DNA from: an uncultured Gammaproteobacteria bacterium
GTDB taxonomy: Bacteria > Patescibacteriota > Microgenomatia > UBA8517
DNA length: 64,000 nt
Assembly: GCA_964541395.1 (NCBI GenBank)
Contig: CAZIPM010000002.1
Span: forward strand, 41,309-105,308
Direction of reading: 5' to 3'
Below are positions 6,890 to 16,777 of the stretch, one piece after another. Under the pieces are notes generated by a model. That model saw only the letters and a program-made list of their open reading frames with translations, searched no databases and was not told the origin of the DNA. Within the stretch, counting starts at the first letter, position 1, and each line of letters opens with the position of its first letter. Made by a program: the position numbers and the translations under genes.

Positions 6890-7852
6890 TTATTTAATAA
6901 AAATTATTGCATTCGGAAGGGCTCTACCGGGTCCCACTTTATAACCTCCTGACCATAATGCAGTCGAACCCCCGTTATCTAGGTTTAAAGCATTGTCCAT
7001 ACCCATTGATTTCATTACTCTTGCAGATTCCGCAACTGTTGCTGAATGAACCACTCCTATATACACTGTGTTGCCTTTATTGGCTACAAAACTTCTAGAA
7101 CCTTTACTTCCTTTTTTTGGATCATCATCCCCTCCGAAAGCAATACTTCCACCGCTTACCAAAAGCGGGTAATTCATCAGAACCCCATTAACCCCGGTAT
7201 CCCTACCCCACTGACTTCCTGCTGAAACAAATCTGATATATCCGCTGCCAAAAACCACCAAAGGGTTGGTACTGTATACATTATTTCCTGAATTAAAATA
7301 ATATTTGTCTTTGTTCATAACCAAAAGATCAAATGTATTTTCTTTGCCGCTACATGTTGCATAATCCTTGGGGCAGAAGTATGTTCCGTTTATCCCCGCA
7401 AATCCCCCGTTTCTGGCTACATAATCAGAAAGTGAAAGCACGGGGCAATTACTGCCGCAGTCAGAAGCAGAAGCGGTATCAACAATTACTCTGGTAGAAC
7501 CTATGTCCGCAGCAACCATACTGACTGTAAACACTCCCGCATCACTTTGAACACTTTGTCTGGAATATCCCGCTCCGGGAGGTGCATTATTTATTACAGG
7601 TACTGCAGTAGGTGCACTAGTGGGCTTTACCGTTGCAGCAACGGTCGGTTTTATTGTTGGGCTCGGTGAAGGAGAGGGACTTGGTGAGGGGGAAGGAGAG
7701 GGAGTTTCTGTTTCTTCTGTCTGCTTACTTGAATTTTCTTTATTGCCTTCATTGTTATATTTTATAATATTTGGAAAAAACTTAATGACCAATATTATAA
7801 GTGCAGCGATTATAATTAGAGGGAGTAAATGAACAATACCTTTTTGCTGCAT
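6890..7852 (-). CDS. membrane-anchored phosphodiester glycosidase (NAGPA-like, PF09992) family protein with an (SP)n linker
   Basis: 320 aa; N-terminal transmembrane (TM) helix, SPSPSPSPSPSP linker, C-terminal LDNGGSTAL motif typical of the family. Confidence 0.55.
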   Translation of the reverse strand: MQQKGIVHLLPLIIIAALIILVIKFFPNIIKYNNEGNKENSSKQTEETETPSPSPSPSPSPSPSPTIKPTVAATVKPTSAPTAVPVINNAPPGAGYSRQSVQSDAGVFTVSMVAADIGSTRVIVDTASASDCGSNCPVLSLSDYVARNGGFAGINGTYFCPKDYATCSGKENTFDLLVMNKDKYYFNSGNNVYSTNPLVVFGSGYIRFVSAGSQWGRDTGVNGVLMNYPLLVSGGSIAFGGDDDPKKGSKGSRSFVANKGNTVYIGVVHSATVAESARVMKSMGMDNALNLDNGGSTALWSGGYKVGPGRALPNAIIFIK

Positions 7853-7915
7853 AATTCATTTTGCCGATAAATAGACCATCTGTCAAAGAAATAATAATTC
7901 ACAACTAAGGAATTT

Positions 7916-9004
7916 TTATATATTTTTAAGATATTTGTCATAAAAAGCAACTGTATCAGACATCGCTTTGGTAAATTCTAAACCAGTAATATTATGGCCA
8001 CCGTTGGGGTATTCATAAAATAAATGATTAATTTCACTTCCACCCAAAATTTTATTTAAGTTCCTACTGTATTCCACACTTACCACAGCGTCGTCAACAG
8101 CATGAAAAAGTGCCAATGCACCAGTTTTTCCTTCCAGATAATTTGTAGCTACAACTTGTTTCCAAAAATCGTTATCTTTATTAAATTCTCCGTATAATTC
8201 TCTTAACCTTTGTCTTTTTTTTGCCCTCTCTGTACTTTGATTAGGGGATCTATAAGACATATCAGAAATTCTATAGTCTAATAAATCCTGATAAGTAAAA
8301 CCAGCTCCAGCCCAGACTGCAATAGCAGGAATTTCCTCTTTGGCCATAAAGCTTCTGAATGTAACATTGCCTGCCATTGAATGTCCCCATAAACCGATTT
8401 TTTCTGAATCAACAAAATCCGTATTTTTTAACGCTTCATATGCATTTAAAGTATCTATTACATAATCACCCGAATAATAAGAACCCCCCGCTTCTCCTTC
8501 AGAATTTCCATGACCCCTTAAATCTATTTTAAAAACTACATACTCGCTTCTCGCCAGGTAATCAACATGGTCAGCGTACCTTTCGGTTGTACTATATGTA
8601 GTCGGTGCGATATATCCGTGGACAAAAACTATAGCTGGATTTTTGTTCTTTCCGTTATTCGGAACTGTCAAAAATCCGTTTACATTAAATCCGTCAGAAT
8701 CATAACTTGTTAAATAGCTTGTGTAGTTGGTATTTTCAGAATACTTTGTTAATTCTCTTAACTTTGATTTATATTCCCTATTTCTTAAGTAGGGAATTGT
8801 CATTTCCTGAAACTCAAAGGGTGTAGTTTTTTGTTGTGGAATTATTTTTGAAAACTGATCTTGTGGAGTTAGTTTTATGAAATATGAGTAACTGATAAAA
8901 ACTATAAAAATTACCAAAAATATTTTTAGAAGACGAACCATAGAAGATTTTAGCATGTTATAAACTTTAAGTCTTCCGCCGGTGAGAATAATATTATTAA
9001 TCAA
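7916..9004 (-). CDS. membrane-anchored alpha/beta hydrolase (S9 peptidase / dienelactone-hydrolase-like)
   Basis: 362 aa; N-terminal TM helix, FVHGY, nucleophile elbow GHSMAGN, C-terminal His region. Confidence 0.6.
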   Translation of the reverse strand: MINNIILTGGRLKVYNMLKSSMVRLLKIFLVIFIVFISYSYFIKLTPQDQFSKIIPQQKTTPFEFQEMTIPYLRNREYKSKLRELTKYSENTNYTSYLTSYDSDGFNVNGFLTVPNNGKNKNPAIVFVHGYIAPTTYSTTERYADHVDYLARSEYVVFKIDLRGHGNSEGEAGGSYYSGDYVIDTLNAYEALKNTDFVDSEKIGLWGHSMAGNVTFRSFMAKEEIPAIAVWAGAGFTYQDLLDYRISDMSYRSPNQSTERAKKRQRLRELYGEFNKDNDFWKQVVATNYLEGKTGALALFHAVDDAVVSVEYSRNLNKILGGSEINHLFYEYPNGGHNITGLEFTKAMSDTVAFYDKYLKNI

Positions 9005-9052
9005 ATATAATTTTATCGTTTATGATTTTGAAGAACATTTATAAATTAAATC

Positions 9053-9361
9053 TTACTTCAAACCAAGAATCTTAAGTAAAAATTTCCAAAAACTGAATTT
9101 ATAATTACTACCTTGAGGATAAACATCTTTAGTCCAAACAGATAATATCAACCATTCTTTTTTCTCATTCTTTTTGGCGACTACTTCTATTTTTCTTTGC
9201 CTGAAAGTTTTAAGATAAATCCAAGCTCCACGACTTTTGGCATACTTGCTTTGGTCAGGATAGCGCCAGGTATCCCAAGCATCCCTTTGGCTTATTCCTC
9301 TTGTTTTTAATCTTTGTAGTGCGTGATTAGTCCAAATTACCCCACCATAATATATATCCAC
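9053..9361 (-). CDS. DUF4258 domain protein (RelE-fold toxin-like)
   Basis: 102 aa; TNHALQRLKTRGIS motif typical of DUF4258. Confidence 0.55.
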   Translation of the reverse strand: MDIYYGGVIWTNHALQRLKTRGISQRDAWDTWRYPDQSKYAKSRGAWIYLKTFRQRKIEVVAKKNEKKEWLILSVWTKDVYPQGSNYKFSFWKFLLKILGLK

Positions 9362-9376
9362 GCCCTAATTATACAT

Positions 9377-9595
9377 TTATTTACCACCCAAAGAGCCTTT
9401 TAAATTAATGGCAATTTTCTTTTCAAGCTCTTTCTGATTTAATTTATTCAAAACAATTATTTGTGCAAGTGACGGAGCACCTAATTGTTGCATAGATTCT
9501 ATCTCTTTAATTCCATATTCGTGTAAGAGAATATCATCAACGGTAGCATATGAAAAGGATGCTTCTCGATAAGAACCAATTCTTGTAGCAGTCAT
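9377..9595 (-). CDS. hypothetical small protein (72 aa), possible partner of the DUF4258 gene
   Basis: The ORF ends 16 nt upstream of the DUF4258 start on the same strand. Confidence 0.35.
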   Translation of the reverse strand: MTATRIGSYREASFSYATVDDILLHEYGIKEIESMQQLGAPSLAQIIVLNKLNQKELEKKIAINLKGSLGGK

Positions 9596-9618
9596 TTAGA
9601 AGAGAATTATACCACAAA

Positions 9619-9948
9619 TTATTTCTTTTTCGTTTTTAGTTCGGAAAGAATTTCTTTATGAAGCAATTTAACTTCTTTTTTAATTATATCTTCTATATCA
9701 CCGTCTATTTTTTCCTTTAAATAACCCAATAGTTTTTCGTCATGTGGGCTGGATTGAAACTTGTTTAAAAATTCTTCATGGTGGTGTTGGGGTAGTTTAT
9801 CCAAAACGCAACCCATAACGCGGTGGTGCATAATCTCTTCAATCGCTGTCCACAACTCCTGTAATTCATCATTTGAAGTCACCATTTTTTTAAGCTTTTT
9901 GTCCAAGCCGTTTAAAATTATTAGTTTATCGTAGAAAATCATGCTCAT
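9619..9948 (-). CDS. hypothetical protein (109 aa, His-rich segment)
   Basis: ORF; no recognisable family. Confidence 0.35.
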   Translation of the reverse strand: MSMIFYDKLIILNGLDKKLKKMVTSNDELQELWTAIEEIMHHRVMGCVLDKLPQHHHEEFLNKFQSSPHDEKLLGYLKEKIDGDIEDIIKKEVKLLHKEILSELKTKKK

Positions 9949-9991
9949 AATTTTATAACTCCTTCACTTTGTTTGTTGTAGAAAATTATAC

Positions 9992-10930
9992 TCATATCTG
10001 TACTAAATCCTTTTGATCTATATTTAAATCATTATACTCAACCGGACCTAATTTTATTTTATTTTCCGGATCGTCTACAAAAAACATAATTACGGGACCC
10101 TTTTTATATCTTGCCCCACCCAAGTATTCCATAACTTCAGGACTACCTCCGAAATGCTTTCCTGTCCAAGCTGCCGGTCCTGAATCGGCAATTGCCGCAA
10201 CTACTGCTTTACCGTTTGTTGTATTAACTAAAAGTACCTTTCTGTATTTATACCAATCTCTAAGGTATGGTTGTCTAGAAGCCCAATCTTTTAAATAAAG
10301 AGTTTGGGCTACAGCATACCAGCGTTCGGTTTCAATCAGATCGGGTGTTAACTCAACTTTACTTTTTGAAAAATAACTCCACGCTCCCAGACCGGGAGCA
10401 ATTCCCTCTTTGTAAAATGGTCCATGGTTTTCCAAAATATCTCCGGGATATCTTTTTAAATGCTGCTCCGCACCTATCATCCCGTAGGTAGTATTTAAAT
10501 GTTCCCCTTCCAAAGTCGCTTTGGCTGGTATTTTAATCACATTTGCAAAAACAGATTCAATATATTTTTCTTCAGCTCTTGATAGTGGGCGTGTCCTTTC
10601 AGGGAGAACATTTTTTAAAGTATCAACTAAATATCTTTGAGGAAGTTGAGGGGTTTCATCTCTATTAAATTCATCAATACTTTTGACTATATCGGTGGGT
10701 GCAGGAAGTTGCCCGGCACCCGTAGGAGGTGCCAAAAGAAGAGTTCCGGTTAGTGCCCCGACACTTATTATTTTTGCAGAATGTTGTCTGATTTTACCAA
10801 GCTCTATTCCTTTTTCCTGAAGAAATTTATACGCGTGGGGGTATTTCTTTTTAAATTTATTCTGGGCTTCAACACTTTTAAGCCTTAAGTTGTTTCTAAA
10901 TAATTCCAGATGGGCAGCGGTTGGATTCAT
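9992..10930 (-). CDS. hypothetical membrane protein, possibly with a C-terminal RlpA/3D-like double-psi beta-barrel
   Basis: 312 aa; internal TM segment; C-terminal VLLVNTTNGKAVVAAIADSGP...GGSPEVMEYLG is loosely RlpA-like. Confidence 0.4.
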   Translation of the reverse strand: MNPTAAHLELFRNNLRLKSVEAQNKFKKKYPHAYKFLQEKGIELGKIRQHSAKIISVGALTGTLLLAPPTGAGQLPAPTDIVKSIDEFNRDETPQLPQRYLVDTLKNVLPERTRPLSRAEEKYIESVFANVIKIPAKATLEGEHLNTTYGMIGAEQHLKRYPGDILENHGPFYKEGIAPGLGAWSYFSKSKVELTPDLIETERWYAVAQTLYLKDWASRQPYLRDWYKYRKVLLVNTTNGKAVVAAIADSGPAAWTGKHFGGSPEVMEYLGGARYKKGPVIMFFVDDPENKIKLGPVEYNDLNIDQKDLVQI

Positions 10931-10944
10931 TTTATTATCTTATT

Positions 10945-12285
10945 TTAAGTACTTTCTAATGTTAATCTCTTTAAAGTTTCTTCTTTACCTAAAATTATAA
11001 TTGAGTCATTTATAGGTGGGGTAAATTTCACACCGGTCATGGCTATTCTTATGGTCATGAAAAAATCCCCAACTTTAATATTATTTTCATTTATCTTTTC
11101 CATTAAAGTTTCATTTAACTCTTCCAAGTCCCAATTTTTTAAATTGGAGATAACATCAACTGCTAATCCTAAATGTTTTTGGTAATCTGTTCCAAACAGT
11201 ATTTTATCAACTTCCGGTTTTTCCCAAAAGAATTTAGCCAAATCATTAAACTCGGTGAATTTTTTAATCCTGTTCTTTAGTAACTTCGTTATTTTTACTT
11301 TTTTCCCACTTGGTAACATATTAAATTCAGAACTAAATTTTTCAAATTTATTTTGTAGTTCGTTGTCCTCCATCATACGGATGTATTGACCGTTAAACCA
11401 ATCAAGTTTATCCCTGAAAAATCTGGGGTTGGCATCTTGGAATCCATTAATATTAAATTCTTTTACAAATTCATCCAAGGTATATAATTCTCTGTTATCT
11501 TTCGGAGCCCAGCCCAAAAGCATGATGAAATTCAAAAGTGCTTCTGGTAAATACCCTTCTTCTAAAAATTGTTCTGCAAAAACAGAATCCCGTCTTTTGG
11601 ATAATTTCTTTCCTGTCTCTCCCGATAAAATATCTGTCAGATGTCCTATTTCCGGACGGGTTCCTCCTAAATACTCAAACACCAATAAATGAATTGGCGT
11701 TGACGGTAGCCAGTCATGTCCTCTTAAGATATGAGTAATTTTCATATCTATATCATCAGCCATAGCGGCCAAGTGATAAGTAGGATATCCGTCAGACTTT
11801 AAAAGTGTTGCATCATATACAGTATTTGTGTTCCATGATATTTCTTTTTTGTGTACAAAATCAAGATAACTGACTGTTTTTCCATCAGGAACCAATAGTT
11901 TTATAGCACCTGTGGTGAATGCTTTGCCTCGGCACGGATCTTTCAAGTCTTTTGAATAACCTTCTTCCTTCGTATTTTTTGGATCACATTGACAAAAAAA
12001 GGCATGACCGTCTGACACTAATTTTTCTGCTGTTTGTTTGTAGTAATCAAGCCTCTCGGATTGAATGTACATTTCATCATATATAAGACCAAATTTTTTC
12101 AGTGTTTCTTGAAGGGCTTCTTTTGAACCTGCAACTTCCCTCTTTTGATCAGTGTCCTCAATTCTTAATATAAAGTCTCCTCCCTCATGTTTGGCTAAAG
12201 CATATGCATATAATGCTGTTCGAAGTCCACCTATGTGTAAAAATCCTGTCGGGCTGGGAGCAAACCTAGTTCTTACCTTTGTCAT
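10945..12285 (-). CDS. gltX: glutamyl-tRNA synthetase
   Basis: RFAPSPTGFLHIGGLRTALYAY (HIGH motif) and KLSKR (KMSKS motif); start placed at the internal ATG (MTKVRTRFAPSPTG); the ORF track extends it 23 codons upstream. Confidence 0.9.
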   Translation of the reverse strand: MTKVRTRFAPSPTGFLHIGGLRTALYAYALAKHEGGDFILRIEDTDQKREVAGSKEALQETLKKFGLIYDEMYIQSERLDYYKQTAEKLVSDGHAFFCQCDPKNTKEEGYSKDLKDPCRGKAFTTGAIKLLVPDGKTVSYLDFVHKKEISWNTNTVYDATLLKSDGYPTYHLAAMADDIDMKITHILRGHDWLPSTPIHLLVFEYLGGTRPEIGHLTDILSGETGKKLSKRRDSVFAEQFLEEGYLPEALLNFIMLLGWAPKDNRELYTLDEFVKEFNINGFQDANPRFFRDKLDWFNGQYIRMMEDNELQNKFEKFSSEFNMLPSGKKVKITKLLKNRIKKFTEFNDLAKFFWEKPEVDKILFGTDYQKHLGLAVDVISNLKNWDLEELNETLMEKINENNIKVGDFFMTIRIAMTGVKFTPPINDSIIILGKEETLKRLTLEST

Positions 12286-12374
12286 AAACTCAATTATCGC
12301 ACAGATGAGTCTGCTCTTCCAGAACTTAATAATCACTTGAGTTAATACCTTCATGAGATATACTAAAATAGATT

Positions 12375-13424
12375 ATGGTGACTTTAACCTACGCATCTAT
12401 AACTGCCAGAAAAATTATCCGCTATACTGTTTTTTTCATTATCTTTTTAATTGTTGGCAAGATGTTTTTGGGTGTAGCACTGGGAATTTATCATAAAATT
12501 TTTCCACCTCCTCCTCCTACACCGACTGTAGCTTATGGTAAATTACCTAAATTACCCTTTCCTGAAAGGGCTAAGTTAAATTTAAACTTTACTTTGGAAA
12601 CTCCAGAAGGAGGCCTACCTACAACTCCAAGCTTGATTAAAATTTATTTTATGCCCAAACTTTCCGCCAATCTTCTGTCATTGGATTTTGCAAAAGAAAG
12701 GGCCCAAAGTTTAAACTACGAAATTAATCCTGAAACTCTTTCTGACTCTCTTTATAAGTTCTATAACAAAACAACACCTTCAAGTATGCAAATAGATATC
12801 ATCACGGGAGCTTTTTCGGTAAGTTATGACCTAAATGTTGATCAGTCACCTCTGGCGGTACGCCCCGTTCCCCCAGAAGTTGCAGTAAGTACCGCTAGAC
12901 AGTTTATGACAAGCGCAAATGTCCTACCTGAAGACATGACAGGACCCACCTCTCATCAGTTCTTAAAATATGAATCATCCGGTCTTGTTCCTGCTGTCTC
13001 TCTTGCCGACAGTAACCTTATTAAAGTCCATTTTTTCCGCAAAAGTTTTGAGGAAATGCCATCTCTGACACCTGTTCCAAATGAAGGAAATATCTGGTTT
13101 ATTATAAGCGGACTGAAAGAAAGAGGTAAAGATGTTCTAGCCGGAGAATACCATTACTTTCCGGTAGATGAAACACAATCTTCAACTTATCCCATTAAAA
13201 CTGCGGATCAGGCATGGCAGGAGTTTACAGCAGGTAATTATTTCACTGCTTCTTTTGGAGCAGCCAATGACGGTGAGAATATAAAAATAAGACGAGTTTA
13301 TTTGGCTTATTATGATTCAGGAGAACTCATGGATTTCTACCAGCCAATCTATGTTTTTGAAGGAACAGATAAAAATTTTGTGGCATATATTCCTGCAGTT
13401 ACAGGAGATTATTACGGCGAATAG
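12375..13424 (+). CDS. hypothetical signal-anchored protein with a PPPPTPT linker
   Basis: 349 aa; N-terminal TM helix; no recognisable family. Confidence 0.45.
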   Translation: MVTLTYASITARKIIRYTVFFIIFLIVGKMFLGVALGIYHKIFPPPPPTPTVAYGKLPKLPFPERAKLNLNFTLETPEGGLPTTPSLIKIYFMPKLSANLLSLDFAKERAQSLNYEINPETLSDSLYKFYNKTTPSSMQIDIITGAFSVSYDLNVDQSPLAVRPVPPEVAVSTARQFMTSANVLPEDMTGPTSHQFLKYESSGLVPAVSLADSNLIKVHFFRKSFEEMPSLTPVPNEGNIWFIISGLKERGKDVLAGEYHYFPVDETQSSTYPIKTADQAWQEFTAGNYFTASFGAANDGENIKIRRVYLAYYDSGELMDFYQPIYVFEGTDKNFVAYIPAVTGDYYGE

Positions 13425-13458
13425 AAAAAACTTGTTTATAAAGAGTAAAAAAAGATTA

Positions 13459-13746
13459 TTAATTAATTACTGCCTGTTTCTGAATTTTTGAAACTTTCTT
13501 CTCCAGCTTGTCAAATTCTTCTAAAGTTGGAGTATCGTCTGATAAACTTGCTAAATCTAATCCAATTCTGTCAATTCTCTTTGTCAATCTTAATTCAGTC
13601 CCGTCAATTTTTTTATATACCTCATCAAATTTTTTATCTACTTCGTCAAATTTTTTATAAACTTTTTCAAATCCCTTCCTCATCTCATCTCGAGTAAGAC
13701 TTTGACCGTTTAAAACCATCTGCAACATTTTTTTATCATCTGTCAT
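13459..13746 (-). CDS. hypothetical coiled-coil protein with KFDEV repeats
   Basis: Start placed at the internal Met (MTDDKK...) so it does not overlap the dac gene; reads KKFDEVDKKFDEVYKKIDG. Confidence 0.35.
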   Translation of the reverse strand: MTDDKKMLQMVLNGQSLTRDEMRKGFEKVYKKFDEVDKKFDEVYKKIDGTELRLTKRIDRIGLDLASLSDDTPTLEEFDKLEKKVSKIQKQAVIN

Positions 13747-13780
13747 AATTTTATTATACAAGTTATTACAATATCTCAAA

Positions 13781-14698
13781 CTATAACTTTTGCGATAAGT
13801 TAACCTTCTTCCACTCATAATTGGTAAAAATCCAATCAATTAACTCTTTTGTTTCACCAAATCTGTCCTGAGAACCCAACACTGCGACCATAATTTTTTT
13901 ATTTTCTCTTTCGATATCCGTAACCAAGTTTTCTCTGGCCACTTCAGTCCAACCTGTTTTTACTCCTTTTACACCCTCTATTGTACCTAAAAGCTTATTT
14001 GTACTTACAAGTTTATGTTTAATAAACCCATCAATACTCCTAACAGTTTTTTCTTTAGTCCCGACAATTTCTGCAAAAATAGGGTTTCTCATGGCAACTT
14101 TGGAAACTGTAATTAAATCCTTAACTGTTGAATACTGGTCTGCACTGTCTAAGCCGGCAGGATTAGTGAAATGGGTATTAACCAAGCCCAGATCCAAAAC
14201 TTTTTGATTCATCAGATCTATAAATCCTTCTCTGCCATTTGGGTGCAACAATGCCAATACCTCTGCAGCATCATTGGCGGAATAAATCAAAAGTCCATTT
14301 AATAAATCACCGATTTTAATTTTTTCACCAACAATAAGTCCCATTTTCTGGCCAATTACGTTAAACTTTGGTACAGTAACTTCCTGATTTAGATCATAAT
14401 TATCAAGAACAACCATGGCTGTAACAATTTTGGTTGTCGAAGCAGGAAAAAGGCCTCTCTGTGGATCTTTTTCATATAAAGTAACACCGGATTTTAAATC
14501 AACTACCATTACCGACTGTGCGGAAAGGACTGGGTATTTACTGTGATCTTTTTTAAGGCTTGGCAGATCGGAATAGTTGACAGCACCCAGAGGGGGTTTT
14601 AAGTCAGGGTAAACAACAGTTGCAGTATTTTTCGCCAGAGAAATCGCAGAAGTGGAAATAAAAACAAAACTGATTATGGCAAGATAAAGAAGATTCAT
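13781..14698 (-). CDS. dacA: D-alanyl-D-alanine carboxypeptidase (S11, PBP5-like)
   Basis: Signal peptide; SxxK motif ASTTKI; SxN motif YSANDAA; KTG. Confidence 0.8.
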   Translation of the reverse strand: MNLLYLAIISFVFISTSAISLAKNTATVVYPDLKPPLGAVNYSDLPSLKKDHSKYPVLSAQSVMVVDLKSGVTLYEKDPQRGLFPASTTKIVTAMVVLDNYDLNQEVTVPKFNVIGQKMGLIVGEKIKIGDLLNGLLIYSANDAAEVLALLHPNGREGFIDLMNQKVLDLGLVNTHFTNPAGLDSADQYSTVKDLITVSKVAMRNPIFAEIVGTKEKTVRSIDGFIKHKLVSTNKLLGTIEGVKGVKTGWTEVARENLVTDIERENKKIMVAVLGSQDRFGETKELIDWIFTNYEWKKVNLSQKL

Positions 14699-16554
14699 TT
14701 TACTAAAACAGGATTTTCTACTTTAACAAAATCGCTATATTTCATTTTTACTGACTTGTTATGTCTCCCCACATTGAACGCTATTTCATCGTTATCAGAT
14801 AGACGGACATCAAGATAAGTTTTCATGCCCAGAAGGGATCCAAACGGAGGTATCGAACCAACTTCAAGACCTGTTTTTGCTTCTACACTTTCTTTTGAAG
14901 CCATAGCCAATTTTTTAAACTTAAGTATTTCTTTAAACCGATTCAGGTCTGCCTTTAAATCGGCAGGTAATACCAGTAATATAAATTCTTTATCTGCTTG
15001 AAGTACCAAAGCTTTAGCCCCCTGATGAACAGTTGTTCCTCTCACTTTTGCTGACTCCTCACTAGTAAAAACCGATTCATGTTCATATTTTTGAAATTCT
15101 ATTTCCCTTTTTTCTAAGAGCTTGATTATTTTTTCATACACACTGGATTTATCTTCAATCGGTGGAGCATGTAATGTCTTAATTCCCAACTCTTCTAGCT
15201 GATCGCTTGTGGCTTCACTGGGGGCATCCAAAACTGCGGTCTGACCTGAAGCTGAAGTAGGATAGGCCATCACCTCGCGTACAGAGGGTTCGCCAAGGAT
15301 AGCCATTAAGAATCTATCCAATCCTGGAGCTATCCCTCCGTGGGGTGGAACACCGTAAGTAAAAGCTGTCAGCATATGTTCAAATTGTCCTCTTTGTTTC
15401 TCTGAAAAACCGATTAGTTTAAATATTTTTTCCTGAATTTTAGGATCATGAATTCTAATACTTCCACCACCAACCTCAAAACCGTTTAAGACAAAATCAT
15501 GCTGTAAACCTCGAACCTTTCCGGGGTCTGTTTCCAAAAGCGCTAAATCATCAGGATGTGGAGACGTAAACATATGATGACTAGGTGCCCATTTTGAAGA
15601 TCCCGAACCATGGAAGTAATCATCATCTGTTTGTTCAGTAAATAGAGGAAAATCCAAAACCCAGCAAAATGCCAATTCATCGGGATCGTTTTTGTCTTTT
15701 CTTAAATCAGGTTTATCATTGCCGTATTTTTCTTTGGCGTCTTTGTGAGAAATTCTTGGCCAAGGAGATTCCATAATTTTCTTTTCAGGAAAAAGTTCTT
15801 TTACAAGCTGAGTAAACATTTTTTCGCTTAAATCCAAGATGTCTTTCTGTTTTACAAACGACATTTCCATATCTAGTTGGGTAAATTCTCCATAAGCGCG
15901 GTCTTTCCTTGGATCTTCATCCCTAAAACATCTGGCAAACTGGAAATATCTTTCCATACCCGCAACCATTAGAAGCTGTTTATATTGTTGAGGAGACTGG
16001 GGAAGTGCATAGAATTTACCAAGCTGCAGTCTGGAAGGAACTAAAAAGTCCCTGGCTCCTTCCGGGGTGGTTTTTGTTAAAATTGGAGTTTCAATTTCTA
16101 CAAAATCCAGATCACTCAGATAGTTTCTTAAAAATTGAGTAACTTTTGAGCGAAGTCTAATATTTTTACTCATTCTGGGACGTCTCAAATCTAGGTATCG
16201 GTATTTATTCCTAATGTTCTCATCTATATCATAACCGTCAGTATCCAAAGGAAGAGGAAGTTCCGAAGACATTGAGATTACCTCAAGTTTTTTAATCTGC
16301 ATTTCTATTTTACCCGTGGGGATGTTGGGATTAATTAATTTTTCCGGTCTTTCTACAACTTTACCGATTACTTCAACAACCGATTCTGTGGTAACTTTAG
16401 GAAGATTTGCTCCAACACATTGGATAATACCACTTCGATCACGTAAATCTATAAATGTAATTTTTCCATGATCTCTGACTGTATCTACCCAACCCTGAAG
16501 TATTATTGACTCGTCAATTTTATCTACTGCTTCAGTAACTAAAGTCCTTTGCAT
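14695..16554 (-). CDS. aspS: aspartyl-tRNA synthetase (bacterial type, without the GAD insertion) fused to a C-terminal YbaK/ProX-like aminoacyl-tRNA deacylase domain
   Basis: 619 aa. Class II motifs FARCFRDED, GGGSIRIHD and GLDR are present; only ~75 aa lie between motif 2 and WVLDFPLF. The last ~155 aa read VYEKIIKLLEKREIEFQKYEHE...KALVL...TGLEVGSIPPFG, which aligns with E. coli YbaK (AVKLLEKNKISFQIHTYEH...GYLVGGISPLG). Confidence 0.85.
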   Translation of the reverse strand: MQRTLVTEAVDKIDESIILQGWVDTVRDHGKITFIDLRDRSGIIQCVGANLPKVTTESVVEVIGKVVERPEKLINPNIPTGKIEMQIKKLEVISMSSELPLPLDTDGYDIDENIRNKYRYLDLRRPRMSKNIRLRSKVTQFLRNYLSDLDFVEIETPILTKTTPEGARDFLVPSRLQLGKFYALPQSPQQYKQLLMVAGMERYFQFARCFRDEDPRKDRAYGEFTQLDMEMSFVKQKDILDLSEKMFTQLVKELFPEKKIMESPWPRISHKDAKEKYGNDKPDLRKDKNDPDELAFCWVLDFPLFTEQTDDDYFHGSGSSKWAPSHHMFTSPHPDDLALLETDPGKVRGLQHDFVLNGFEVGGGSIRIHDPKIQEKIFKLIGFSEKQRGQFEHMLTAFTYGVPPHGGIAPGLDRFLMAILGEPSVREVMAYPTSASGQTAVLDAPSEATSDQLEELGIKTLHAPPIEDKSSVYEKIIKLLEKREIEFQKYEHESVFTSEESAKVRGTTVHQGAKALVLQADKEFILLVLPADLKADLNRFKEILKFKKLAMASKESVEAKTGLEVGSIPPFGSLLGMKTYLDVRLSDNDEIAFNVGRHNKSVKMKYSDFVKVENPVLVK

Positions 16555-16582
16555 AGTAGTAGTATTGTATGTTTAGAATTGA

Positions 16583-16625
16583 CACTTGACAAGAGGCTAG
16601 CATATTTTCTAAGATACTTATTGTT
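16583..16625 (+). promoter_or_regulatory. candidate promoter (tandem TTGACA, then TAAGAT/CATATT) reading toward the microprotein cassette
   Basis: ttgacacttgacaagaggctagcatattttctaagat. Confidence 0.3.
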
Positions 16626-16717
16626 TCTAAAAAATACAACATGAATTTAAATAATCACTGCGTTAAGACTATTAATAACCTCTTTATCTAGGGGTTTGTC
16701 TTGGCGGGTGATAAAAA

Positions 16718-16750
16718 GGCAAACCTCTTCTAAACAAAGAGGTTTTTTTA
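16718..16750. terminator. hairpin (AAACCTCTT / AAGAGGTTT) with T-runs on both strands: a bidirectional intrinsic terminator
   Basis: caaacctcttctaaacaaagaggttttttta; the minus strand reads ...aaacctctttgtttagaagaggtttgccttttt. Confidence 0.5.
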
Positions 16751-16777
16751 TGAATTAAAAATAAAACTAAAAATATT

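Noticed and set aside
7620-7700. GGAGAG/GGTGAA hexanucleotide tandem repeat (CRISPR-like at first glance)
   Set aside because: It encodes the (SP)n linker of the NAGPA-like protein on the minus strand. There are no spacers and the period is 6 bp, so it is not a CRISPR array.
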